This document shows positions 38,372-51,129 of a DNA stretch of 64,000 nucleotides, piece after piece. The stretch's first letter is position 1; every line of letters starts with the position of its first letter. The stretch is from Octopus sinensis (lineage: Eukaryota): the NCBI RefSeq assembly GCF_006345805.1, contig NC_043012.1, positions 32,178,001 through 32,242,000 of the forward strand. The letters are read 5' to 3'. Made by a program: the position numbers and the translations under genes. The notes beneath the pieces were generated by a model. That model saw only the letters and a list, made by a program, of their open reading frames with translations, was not told the DNA's origin and searched no databases.

Positions 38372-39158
38372 TTAAAGGTTGCCTACCTATAGCTGTCACC
38401 ATCTCATCACAGTCTCATGGATTGAAAGTTTTCTGTCAAACTTCTTTGCAACATGTGTTGATAGTGCTCATTCTAACTCATATTCTATCAACTTTTGTGA
38501 AAGCCAACGACTTGGTTATGCCTCCCATATTCTTCATTGTGTCCATTAATGACACTGCTTGCCATTACTTTTCTTACCATCTTAAACTTCTGCACCCAAG
38601 CATTCTCCTGTGACCTAGATCCATCATGCCAGACCTGCACTACTGCCATGAGCAGAAAAACCTAGGAAACATCTTCCAGTGGACCAACAGAAGTATGATA
38701 AATTATTCTTCAACAGTATGTGCATCAAAGAAGTAATTTTGCACTTATCCCTTCTTACATATGATCGACACACAACTAAAGATCCCCCCAAAATCATACA
38801 CGTTTGGCCATCACAATTGCTAATGATTTTGCAAGTTAACTTCACATAACATAACCAACATTTCATCCTAAAGATAAATTTCTTTTCTGGTTCTGAAAAT
38901 TTTGTGCTTACATAACTGGAATATAATCACATTGTTGGTTACACACACTCAAACATAATAGATTTCCTTTAGTTTCCATTTCATGAATTTTGTCATAAGA
39001 TTTTGGTCAGCACAGGCCTATATTAGATACTTGGCCAAGGTTCCACAGTCAGAATGAAACAAAGACAACATGCCTGGGAAGCTAGTTTCTTAAATGCACA
39101 GCCATGCTGTCATTTTAAAACTAATTTTCCACTTCTGAACATCTCATTTTATTGGAGG

Positions 39159-39402
39159 CACTTTATTTCACGTTGCTCCAGTTCACTCAGCTGTAGAAAT
39201 GAGTTGCGACGTCACTGGTGCCAAGCTGTATCGACCTTTGTCTTTCCCTTGGATAACACTGGTGGCGTGGAGAGGGGAGGCTGGTATGCATGGGCGACTG
39301 CTGGCCTTCCATAAACAACCTTGCCCGGACTTGTGTCTAGGAGGGTAACTTTCTAGGTGCAATCCCATGGTCATTCATGACCGAAGGGGGTCTTTACCCT
39401 TT
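39159..39402 (+). mobile_element. Young SINE (family F)
   Basis: Near-identical to 34288-34504 and extends ~30 nt further 5'. Confidence 0.8.
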
Positions 39403-40318
39403 AAGTTTACTGAAATGATGACTAATCACTTGAGTTATTCTTGTAAAGGACTGAGATAACTAATTAAATCCTCATCTTCATATTTACTTTTTGTATTGAT
39501 GACTAGAAAGTATTATCATCATCATCATTTAATGTCCATTTTCCAAGCTGGCATTGGTTGGATGATTTAACAAGAGATGTTATGCTGAAGAGCTGCCCAG
39601 GCTCCGTGTTTGTTTTGGTATGGTTTCTATGGTTGAATGCCCTTTCTAACATCTGCCCTTCATCATTTTAAGTATAAAGTTAAGATAATGAAGGATTATA
39701 AAGTTTAATGTTCTCAATACTAAAGTATTTCTTAACACCTTTTCTTCTACCTGCTTTTGCTTGTCCTCTAGAACTATCTCACGGCACTTATCCAAATTGC
39801 ATGTTTTAAAAATAAATAAATTCAATATTTTTTTTATATTTTATAACTTCACTTATGAATATTTAAAAATTTTTAGTTTTTGAATTTCCTGTATTCTCAC
39901 ACTACTTTCATGGGATTAATTTAACATCTTTGATTCTAACCCACAAGAAACCATTCTTGCTTTCATAGTACAAATGTCTTGTTTTCAAAAATTCTGAAAT
40001 AAAATCTTCCATCAAAACTTAATGTTAGTTATGTTCCTAACACTAGCTTAATAATAACAATGTTATGTTACTAAAGTCTTCATTATTTTTAAAATTAATA
40101 AGTATACAACAGAAATATTGTAACAAAAGGGTTAACCACAGATTCAGTTTTAATGTTCATGTAAATTTAAATTCTCTTCAATTACATGCGAAATTCTACA
40201 GCTGCTAGACTACAAGATCTTTAATACTGGAATTTCATTTTGACAATTTTGTGTTTAGGTTCTGAACCATGCATTTGCTCAATATCTCTCTTTAAAGAAA
40301 GAAATATATTTTTCTTAC

Positions 40319-41160
40319 TTCATCATCATTTAAACATCTGTTGTCCATGCTGGCATGGGTTGGACAGTGTGACCAGAGCTGGTAAGCTGGGTGGGGGTCT
40401 GCACCAGACTCCAGTCTGATTTGGTATGGTTTCTACAGCTGAATGCTATTCCTAACACCGACCTCTTTACGTAGTTTACTGGGTGTTCTTAACGAGGCAC
40501 CAGCTGGGACGCTTTTACATGGTACCAACATCTATGAGCTTGAAAACTGGGACTTTTCATCCTGCATGGATGAATGGTCATGATTTACTTAGCTTGACAT
40601 GTCTTCTCAAGCACAGCAAACCACCAGATTCTCGGTCCCTTGTCATCTCTTCTGCAAGGCCCAAAGTCGGAATGTCCTTCCTCACTTCCTCATCTCATGT
40701 CTTCCTGGGTCTACCCCTTCCACATGTTTCCTTACTGGCATTTAGCATAGCTGTTCATACACAGACATCATAAAATCTGCCTTTCAGTCTGAGGGAGAGG
40801 CTCTTTGTTACTTCTAAAGGTAGTAGCTCCCTGAAATTTGCTCAGACTGTTCTTATTGTAGCAACTATGCTTTCAGATCTTCCTCCTCCATTGCTAACTT
40901 GGTCACCTAAGTAATGGAAACTATCTACTACATTTAAGGATCTCCCTGAACACTTGAGACTATTTTCTGTACATTCCCAGCATTTAATGTGCCTGCACAT
41001 CTTCCACACACAAAGGCTGTTTTCCCTGTTAACCTTCCTGTGATACTGCTGCACCTCTTATGTGTCGATAGCCTGCACTGGGTACACTGTATGGAATTTC
41101 TACCAACACCTTTTCTACATATCAAGCAGAACTATCTCTCATGACACTGCTAATAACTTC
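40319..41160 (-). mobile_element. RTE LINE fragment with Cys/His finger, RT thumb and tail (internally deleted)
   Basis: ICRKGVGRNSIQCTQCRLSTHKRCSSITGRLTGKTAFVCGRC.. and ..VVDSFHYLGDQVSNGGG.. on the minus strand, ending in (CAT)n. Confidence 0.8.
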
Positions 41161-41385
41161 ACCAACTCTTAGCATTTTGAGGTGGTTGTCACTATTGTTT
41201 TTGAGTAACACTAGTAACACCTTTGCAAAAAAAAAAAAGAGACTATTGAATGGAAATCGCTGGTGAAATGTTGTACTTCGTGATTCCACCACTTGTTTTG
41301 TCTTGGCTTCATTCCACCAGATTAAAACTTGCCAAAAATTGTCCTCATTTTAAAGTCATTAGAAAATTCATTCAGGTAGCTTTTA

Positions 41386-41642
41386 TCATCATCATCATCG
41401 TTTAACATCCGTTTTCCATGCTAGCGTGGGTTGGACGGTTCGACCGGGACCTCGGAAGCCGGGAGGCTGCACCAGGCTCCAGACTGATCTGGCAGTGTTT
41501 CTACAGCTGGATGCCCTTCCTAATGCCAACCACTCTGAGTGTAGTGGGTGCTTTTTACGTGCCACCAGCACAGGTGCCAGAGGAGGCTGGCAGCGTCCAC
41601 AATCGGTTGGTGCTTTTTATGTGCCAGGGGAGGCTGGCAACA
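41386..41642 (-). mobile_element. RTE-tail element (family C)
   Basis: Antisense tail with 2-3 array units. Confidence 0.8.
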
Positions 41643-42199
41643 TTGATTAGATCAATTGCATTGGTTCTGCTTTGGATGGATAAAGGGCAAACCAGTCAAG
41701 TAAATCAAAGCAACAACCTTCTTTGGCAACCATTCTGCCATATGATGGCGTTTCAGTTAAATAAATAAACATGATCAGGATAACACTTAAAAGCATTGTC
41801 AACATAAATCACATACTTTTTTTTATAATTTTGTCATTCCATTTTCACATTTTGTTGTTTTTCTAGAATAGCTCCTCATGAAAGTAAGTCAGTTGATGAC
41901 TTGCTGGTAATCCATAAACTGCTCCTGTTTGACATGTTAGGGTTAGTGTGTACTTATTGATCAATTGACTTTGCACTTTATCCCAATACAAACTGATCAC
42001 TGCTAGGCAGCCAACGAAGCAGTTTTGAATAATTTCATTTCTTTTTCATGCTATCATTGTTATTGCGCTGTTAACTGTGTTAGCTGTTGCTAATGAAAGA
42101 CTTCTCTCCGACATGTTTGATGTTGGTGATACTATTGATGTCATTATTAGAAGTATTACTATTGATGGGGGGTATCAATATTTAATATCATGATATATA

Positions 42200-42582
42200 T
42201 AGGAGTGGCTGTGTGGTAAGTACCTCGCTTACCAACCACATGGTTCTGGGTTCAGTCCCACTGCGTGACACCTTCGGCAAGTGTCTTCTACTATAACCTC
42301 AGGCCGACCAAAGCCTTGTGAGTGGATTTGGTAGACGGAAACTGAAAGAAGCCTGTCGTATATATGTAAGTGTGTGTGTGTGTTTGCGTGTCTGTATTTG
42401 TCCCCCCAACATTGCTTAACAACCGATGCTGGTGTGTCTACGTCCCCGTAACTTAGCGGTTCGACAAAAGAGACCAATAGAATAAGTACTAGGCTTACAA
42501 AGAATGAGTCCTGGGGTTGATTTGCTTGACTAAAGGCGGTGCACCAGCATGGCTGCAGTCAAATGACTGAAACAAGTAAAAG
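42200..42582 (+). mobile_element. SINE family B, full length
   Basis: aggagtggctgtgtggtaag head to gcagtcaaatgactgaaacaagtaaaag end. Confidence 0.85.
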
Positions 42583-43049
42583 TGTATATAAGTGATTGAA
42601 AAACCTAATCCTTATTGTGGAATTCACAAGTGAAGATTACTACAAGTAATGAATGCTAGTTTGAATAGTTTCTTACGAGTCCATTCATAACTCCTTTACT
42701 ACAGAGTTTTAGAAAAGATATACATCACAGGGTCAAGAGGACTCTTTAGCCTTGCCAAAGACAAGACAGCTTCTGTAGTTTCGATGTCAGGAAGGGCTTC
42801 CAGCTGTAGATAACTGGAATGTCAGAGCAAAATGTAATCCTCTGACCTGTTGTATCCTATTAAACTGTCCAACCCATACCAACATGGAAAGTAAACATAA
42901 AATGATTATGATGATGCAGCAGCTGTTAATAATATCCTTCAAGGACTTAGAAGTCTGTCTTTTCAACCCATTGCAGAGTAGGGAGCTAGACCTATATATA
43001 ATAAATACATGAATCATTGCACCTCACCTTCCCTAAATGTAAACAGCAC

Positions 43050-43640
43050 ACAATTAGAACCCTTGCAATTCTTTCAAATGCTAGATCTCACTTTGCAGAG
43101 CATCTTGCTCTGTGAACACACATTCTTAGCATAGAAAAGACATCTCAAACATTGGCCATTTTATTCAGAGCCATAAAATGCTTCAACCTGCAGTTGAAGC
43201 TCAGGTGAAACTTTCAATAGAGTACTGCTCTCACATCTAGGATGGTGGTGCTGCTATGGACACACAGACCTAGACCATATCCAGAGAAAGACCACAACTG
43301 ATCATCATAAAGTTCCTCACTGACACTCCCTAACCCCTCACCCCCCACAGATATACTCTAGACTCTGACTCACATCTTCTAACTCCGCCTACTGTGATGG
43401 CCTCTATTCTTCAAAGCTAGCTTCACACCCCACTCCACTCAGGCTCTCTCCACGTAGTTGTTTCCCCACTTCTGGTCACTCCAAAGCCCTGCACTAAATG
43501 CTATCCCCAGTTCTTCTTCTTCAAAATGTCACCGCTTTGCAGTTTATTCCTGCACTTGTTTTCCCTTTCCTTATCAACTTGCAACACTTAAAATGCAGTA
43601 TTTATGGCATCAATTTCATAATTATCACAGAGGGCTTGTG
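43050..43640 (+). mobile_element. CR1-type LINE 3' remnant
   Basis: Degraded ..QVKLSIEYCSHI*DGGAA..DLDHIQRK.. resembling the CR1 MEYCSHIW..LDRIQRK motif. Confidence 0.55.
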
Positions 43641-43692
43641 AAGGTAATGGAAACTGCTCCTTCTTCGTAGCCTAACAAATAACGGTAATAAT

Positions 43693-43890
43693 CATCATCG
43701 TCATCATTTAACGTCCACTTTTCATGCTGACAAGGGTTGGACAGTTTGACTGAGAACTGGCAAGCCAGGAGGTAGCACCAAGCTCTAATCTGATCTGGTA
43801 GTGTTTCTACAGCTGGATTTCCTTCCTAATGCCAACCTCTCCAAGAGTGTAGTGGGTGCTTTTTATGTGCCACCAGCACGGGTGCCAGTC
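43693..43890 (-). mobile_element. RTE-tail element (family C)
   Basis: Antisense tail. Confidence 0.75.
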
Positions 43891-44379
43891 AGGGATAATA
43901 CCCATTGCTTTCTTCACAAGAATTGGATGCCACCAAATTTAAGTAAAATTAAGATGCCATTATCAGACTTATGCCAGTCCAATCTCAATGTTATGATGCT
44001 TCTGATCACAGCTGATGTTGTCTGGTTCATAACATTGATGAACAGTAACAAGGTTAATCTAGTTGTAAACTAACACTGAACTTATACTGTCCACTAAACT
44101 TACTTCACCTCTCATTATCATCATTCATACACAGAGTAATCTTCATGGTTTCTATCAATATTACAAATACAGAAGTTCCAGTAGGTTTTATATGAAATGT
44201 TATTTCTCTTCACCATTGTGTTCTGTTCTGTCTTTTTTCATTTACAATGCATGTTAGTGTAAAACAAAGCTTTCTCTCTTTTGGTGTATGTGAGCTAAGT
44301 TGTAGTATAAGGACTTTAATTGAACCTCAAATTCTTTTGCTTTGTTGCTATAAAACATTGTGTTACTTCTGTTCTCATT

Positions 44380-44812
44380 ATATATATATTTGCACACACG
44401 CGTATATATATATGCACACACACACATACATATATATATGCATGCACATGCATATATATGCACACACACACACATATATATGCACACATACACATATATA
44501 CACACACATACATATATATACATACACACATATATATACATACACACACACACACATATATGCACACACACATATATGCACACACACATATATGCACACA
44601 CACATATATATACACACATACATACATATATATACATACACACACATATATATACATACACACACACACATATACACACACACATACATACACACACACA
44701 CATATATATACATACACACATGCATATATATACGCATACATGTATATAATGTACGTGTGTGTCTATATATATGTGTGTGTGTGTGTGTATATATAGATAT
44801 ATATATATATTT
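44380..44812. repeat. Long compound (CA)/(TA) microsatellite
   Basis: Seen directly; the source of six spurious ORFs. Confidence 0.95.
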
Positions 44813-45453
44813 AATCATTTAAAGTTAGGTACTTTGTTTTCAATTATAATTTTTTATGCACCTTTTCATTTATGTATTTTCAGGATATTTTCAATGGTCT
44901 CTATTCTGTCTGTTTAAATGCTTTTGGTAAATTAAGAAATAAAGAAAAAAAAGTAGACAAAAAAAATTTATTTATATTTAAAAGCAAAGTTGCTAGCAAT
45001 TGGCTACTAAGTTGTATCTATGCCAAATCCATTTGAAATTGTGGTTATTTTATTTCATTTTCTTCTATTTCTATTCCTCTTGAACATTACAAATAGACTG
45101 AGAATTGAAACTGTAAAAATTAATGCCCAGTCCAAGCCGCTGACTGCAGCCATGACCTTGGAATATTTAATAATTATTAAGTGCAAAATTTACAACTATA
45201 TTCAAATTTCCTACAATAGTCTCAATTCTGTCATGTGATAAACATTCATTTTTTTTTTTCTTTATTTCAGTCTAATTCATCAAACATTCATATGTTAAAT
45301 AAACACTGAATTGCCTACATACTCCTCCCTCCCTCCCTCTCTCTCTATTCAGCATTCATACTCTCTCTCATTGTGCATTCTCAAATCTGACTTATTTCCA
45401 ATTATTCAATCTCAAACTATTCTCTACAATTTTCATTATTCATTTTCAGCTCA

Positions 45454-45600
45454 TTCTCTCTCTCTCATAAATTATTTTCAACTTTCTCTCTCTCATAAAT
45501 TATTTTCAACTTTCTCTCTCTCATAAATTATTTTCAACTCTCTCTCTCTCATAAATTATTTTCAACTCTCTCTCTCTCATAAATTATTTTCAACTCTTTC
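45454..45600. repeat. 28-bp minisatellite, 5 copies (ttctctctctcataaattattttcaact)
   Basis: cataaattattttcaact starts at 45466, 45494, 45522, 45550 and 45578. Confidence 0.9.
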
Positions 45601-46224
45601 TCTCCCTTGTTTTCTCTGTATTTTTAGTGCCTTTATATCCATTAGATTCCATCCATTTATTTATCCAAACAAAAACTATTACATCTTAACCTGCTGTCCA
45701 CTGTTCATTATCGTTTCCTCTCCAGTTTCTCTGGATCTTACATTCAACTTCCCATGTCTCAATTACTCCATGCATCATTACATTTTTTTCTTCTTTTTGA
45801 CATAAGTAATTCTTTCTACCTACACAACTCTGTAATTCATTAGAACCACCTCCAGCACCTAGCTACCACTAGAAATACCTACAGTTTTGCAGTAAGTCCT
45901 CCCAACAGGAACAAAGAAACTATTGAGAAAATCTTGGATAAAAATATTAAAATTATATTAGTGTTTACATTATTATAATACCATTGAAATAATTCTGTTA
46001 ATATGTACTACAAGAATACTAAATATTTTTTTTGTTTTTTTGTTGTTTCTTTCTGTTTACTTTTTTTGTACTTGTGTTTAAAATATAATTTGAAAGAGAG
46101 ACACAGAAAGATACAGTTGATTTCATTGAATTTAGAAGAGAAATCCTTACTTTTCACTTCATGTTTAACATTTTAAAACCTTTCCCAGCAGTAAATTTAG
46201 TACCCTTAGTTTTTGTTGTTACAG

Positions 46225-46260
46225 AAGGATCCTGAAAAAGGGGACTTTGATCAGCCACGG
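46225..46260 (+). CDS. DNAJC5: Probable CSP C-terminal small exon KDPEKGDFDQPR
   Basis: ttttgttgttacAG acceptor, cgg/GTaaga donor, 36 nt, phase 0-0, open in frame. The acidic/Pro composition fits the variable CSP tail. No homology search was possible. Confidence 0.55.
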
Positions 46261-46708
46261 GTAAGATTTGCTAAACACCATTGGCAGGGTCTAAAGTTCC
46301 TTGCATTCCTTCAACTATCAAACTTGCATGGTCCTGGTGTTTCACTTCTCAGCAGAATCCTCCTCATCATCCTATCAAGCCTTGCTCCTAATTTTTAACT
46401 TCCTCTTTTATTTATTATTTTAACTTTATTTTTTTGGTTGGTCTTAAATTTTATTTACTTTAATAGCCCATTCCTCTAACTACTTCAAACACTACTGGAA
46501 TTACTAATGCACTAACCATTCTTTTTCTCTGTGAATTTGTTTCTGGGTTCTATATATTTCAAAGATCATTAAAAATTATTCCTTTTGAATTTATACCCTA
46601 AGGACCGATCAACTAAGCCAGATATTGTGTTATGTTACTATGGTGACTAAATGTGTTAGATTTTAATTTCAAAGTCTAAAATAAGTTCAGGTGGTAGGAT
46701 TTGTTGTA

Positions 46709-46774
<66 letters not shown>

Positions 46775-47771
46775 TACACAGCATTATAGTGGCATCAGAC
46801 TTCCTAGCTCGTAGCCCTCTATCTAAAAGCTTCTCAGTTTCTATCCAGCACAGCAGTTTGGGTTCAGATTTCTCTAGATGCACTACATGAAGATGGTTTT
46901 CACTTGGTAACCCTCTCATTCACTTGGTTATGAGTCAGATAGATAGATTCATATCTTCATGATTGGTTGGTTAATTAAAAATAAAAACAAACCTGTTGCC
47001 AGGGTAGAATAGTGAAACAGTGGAAGTTTCCATTACTAACTAGTCATTTGTAATCTCCCATTGAAATTGATATATTAGTTTGAATGTGAATAAATAACTA
47101 AATAATTTTAATATGACTATTAAAGAAAAGGGTAAACTGCTTCATATATACAACTGATTATTTTTACATCAGTATAATACTTCTTCATAAGATGTCAGTT
47201 AAAACACACACCGAGGTCAACTTTGCTTTTCATCCTTTTGGGAGCACTGGGAGTTGATATAATTGACTTACCCCACATCCCTACCCCACCAAAAAAAAAA
47301 AATTTCAGGTCTTGTGCCTATAATAAAGAGTTATTACAAATACCTGGTTCAATAAAAATGACAAACCTTTCAATGCTAGTGTGGAAAAAAAACAACCTAA
47401 AATCATTTTATGTCCCCTTGTTTTCCAGTTATTTTCCATATAAAGCATATGTTGTGTAGGACTTATGCAGTGCAATATTTAATGAGCTGGACATTTCTAA
47501 ATCTATCAGAAAATAAGTAGAATTGGAACTTGATATCATTCCAAAAAATTGATGGAAACATTTCTGTGACTTGACCATCACATAATGACCAATAGGGCTT
47601 GAACTCATTTAATGGTCACAATAGTAAGGTTGGTTGTTGAATATCTTAATCTCCCAGTCATTACACCTTTAGGTTTTAAAAAAAATTAATTACTGAGTTT
47701 ACTTTGTGTATTTAGATGTTTTGACTACTGGTAAGGAATTTGGAACTTGTAAGAGGAGAAATGCTTATTCT

Positions 47772-47827
<56 letters not shown>

Positions 47828-47960
47828 TAGAAAAAAAACCCACCTTTTATCAATTCAAAATGAACAATTAAATTACACCATCTAGAAAATTACATATAAT
47901 AGAAATATTAAAATTAAGATAACAATAATATACTGATGATTAAGTAAATTGCAAAAAAAA

Positions 47961-48020
47961 TAATAAAAGCATATATATTAGGTAGAATATATTAGGATTA
48001 ATATTCCCTCAAATAATAAT

Positions 48021-48051
<31 letters not shown>

Positions 48052-48106
48052 ATTATTATTTGAGGGAATATTAATCCTAATATATTCTACCTAATATATA
48101 TGCTTT

Positions 48107-48111
<5 letters not shown>
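47961..48111. repeat. AT-rich perfect palindrome (68-bp arms, (AT)n centre)
   Basis: 47961-48028 is the exact reverse complement of 48044-48111. Confidence 0.85.
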
Positions 48112-48142
<31 letters not shown>

Positions 48143-50596
48143 GGATAAATTATACAGGTGAGTACCATACAAGCACTCAGGTATATTATGGGTTCCCATC
48201 GAGTAGTAAGAAGCACCTAAGATTATTTATGGTGAACAATCCCACTAATTCATCCAATGAGTAAATTCTGGGTTCACCATCCTGAAAATATTCAATATGT
48301 ATGTACTAAGATCAGATAATGTAGGTGTTTACCTTGTGAAACACTTCTGCAGACAGAGCAGCTAACTGAAAATTACAAAAGGGGGGGTATATCTCCCCTT
48401 AGGAAGCTGTTGTTTCAAATAAAACAGAAAATCTGCAAGTTGCATTTCTGACACAGAATATTGAATAACGACAATTGAAAGTTGGAGTTTATGGCATTTT
48501 TTATTTCATAGCCAACATATGTTTCATATTCAGTAAGTCAGTAATTAATTTAATTTTGATTTTAGAATGTATGGAAGCTAATTTAGTTCTCTATTGTTTA
48601 TAAATCTCACAAAAATTAAATTTCTTCCCTATAATAAGTAGACTCTGCAGTTGAGTGTAGTTTTTGACAACTATTCTAAATTCAATGTTTCAATTACCGT
48701 TATTTAGATCAATAAAAGCTGTTGAGATTTAAAACCTGTTTTTCCATTTCCCTTCCCTTACACTATCGATTTACAGTTTTAACTTATTGTATTCAGCACA
48801 ACACATAAGACAAATCAGTTCTAAATCAAAAACAAAATCTTACTTCTGGTGTTTAAATTTTGTGTAAAATTACTTCAAGTTTTTTAGTCCCCCTACCACC
48901 ACCACCACTTCTGTTTTGGCAGGATTCTATTGTTTTGTTTATAACAACATAGAAGGACATTGACTAAGATTAAGAGAAATCTTATTAGGAGAAATAGAAC
49001 AACTTCAAGCCCTTGATGAAATAGCTATTTTGAAGCAGTAGTAAGCAGGCTTACGAGAAGTTATTCTCTGTGGTCGTAGGCTTCCATTTTGTTTGTATTT
49101 TCCAATACCAAATTCCTAGTGTTTTGTTTTGTTTTTTAATTGAAGAAAATAAGCGTCACTCTTGAAGCTCATTTTACTTAGTGGACTTGATTTAAGTTGT
49201 GTTCCGACCAACCAACACTTCAGATTGATCTGATTCCCTGTAGTCAGCATCCTAATAAATTTCCATCTAAAACTTAGGACTCCCAGATCCTGGGTTGTTT
49301 CAGCAATGAATTAACCTTTCACCTGTAAGTGTCATCATCATCATATTTACGTCCACTTTTCAATGATTGCATGGGTCAGACTGAATTTCTTGCTGCAGAT
49401 TTTCTATGGCTCTTCCTGTTGCCAACTTGCACCTGTTTCCCCATGGCCAGACATGTTTTCACAGAAGATTGGAAATGAATGGCACCACTTGCACGATAGG
49501 GACACTCACTTACAAGTATTGCATGATGTCAAGACAAGGAGACACCAAGACATTCACACATAATATACATGCTACAACTATACATTGGGCCTCTTTTAAT
49601 TTCCCTCTACCAGCTTCACCTTACTGGCACTTGTGCTCCGTGCTAGTAGGGTGCTAAGAGCACCATCCGAGCGTAATCGTTGCCAGAGCGGCTAACTGGC
49701 TCCCGTGCCGGTGGCATGTAGGAGGCACCATCTGAACGGGATCGTTACCAGCATTGCCTTACTGGCACCTGTGCCGTTGGTATGTATAAAAAAAGCTTCA
49801 CACACAAGGCTTTTGTCAGAATGTGGCTATAGTCGAAGACGCTTCCCCAAGTGCCACACAGAACTGAGCATGAATTTGAGTAATTAAGAAGTAAGCCCCC
49901 TTAACCACTTAGCCATTTTTGAACTAAAAATTAGATAAATTACAAAATGCATCTAATGCTTTGTCAGCCAGTACCTATATAAAACTTTCCACCAGTCGCT
50001 TTGGAAAGCACTGCTTGATGCCATTAAAAGGTAAAATTTAGTCACATAAACATTGATATTGGACAACCAAACCACAGAACCAATATCGCAAGTGCAAAGG
50101 CAGTTGATTAAAAGGATGCAAATGGAGTTTAACTTGAGTTTAATGTACTTAATATATTCGAATAAATTCCACTCATAAATTGAAATAAAATATCTTAAGA
50201 TTTTCTGACATGACCCTTTTTTTTTTCAATTAAGTTATTGGCCTGTCCACTCCTTTGATCCTTGGACATATCTATCTGTATCTTAATAATGTTTTCAAAT
50301 TTTGGCCTGCAATTTGGGAGGAGGGCGTAAGTTGATTACATTGATTCCAATGTTCAACTGGTATTCGTTTTATCAACCCCAGAAGGGATGAAAGGCATGG
50401 TTGACTTTGGTGGAATTTGAGCTCAAACATTAAATCAGAAGAAATGCCACAAAACATTTTTTTTTGGCACAGTAACAATTTTGTCAGCTCACTTTAATAA
50501 TAATAATGATAATAATGAAGATAGAGATGATAAAATTCATATGTTGAAACAACTTGAAGTTGGGTTCAAAAATTATTTTAAATAGAAATTTAGCTG

Positions 50597-50766
50597 TACT
50601 ACACTCTCGGAGTGGTTGGCGTTAGGAAGGGTATCCAGCTGTAGAAACTCTGCCAGATCAAGATTGGAGCCTGGTGCACAGCCATCTGGTTCGCCAGCCC
50701 TCAGTCATACGTCCAACCCTTGCTAGCATGGAAAGTGGATGTTAAACGACAATGATGATGATGATG
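50597..50766 (+). mobile_element. RTE-tail element (family C) without array
   Basis: actacactctcggagtgg.. through to (GAT)n. Confidence 0.8.
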
Positions 50767-51129
50767 TTGACCTCAGGAAATCAAATTAAGAAAAGTGCTG
50801 GTTGATACGATACAAGCACTAACATTCAATGCTACAACCAAGTCTACATAGCAAGAGAACTTTCATGAATAGCATTTATTTGTGTTCATTCAACAATATG
50901 CAAGATATTCTTTGCAACTCTAGATTATCTCAAGAAGTGACCCTGCCATTACAGTTTCTGTTTAATTTTACTCCATCTCGATAACCATGTGTTCTGTACT
51001 TAACCTGGCTTCATAGAATTTTGGTTAGTTCTGTGCTCTCTATATAGGATGTATAGAATAGTCTTCCATAATAACCTATTTCGAGATTGTAGAATTTTGT
51101 TTGAAGCTTACCATAAATCCTCAAGTACA

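Noticed and set aside
44247-44822. Long His/Thr/Tyr/Ile or Cys/Val/Met ORFs (also 1672-2189, 34661-34924, 46656-46919, 62548-62943)
   Set aside because: These are translations of dinucleotide or tetranucleotide microsatellites, open in several frames on both strands.
48350-48420. Hammerhead ribozyme
   Set aside because: A hairpin is present but the CUGANGA and GAAA cores are not intact or in the correct topology on either strand.
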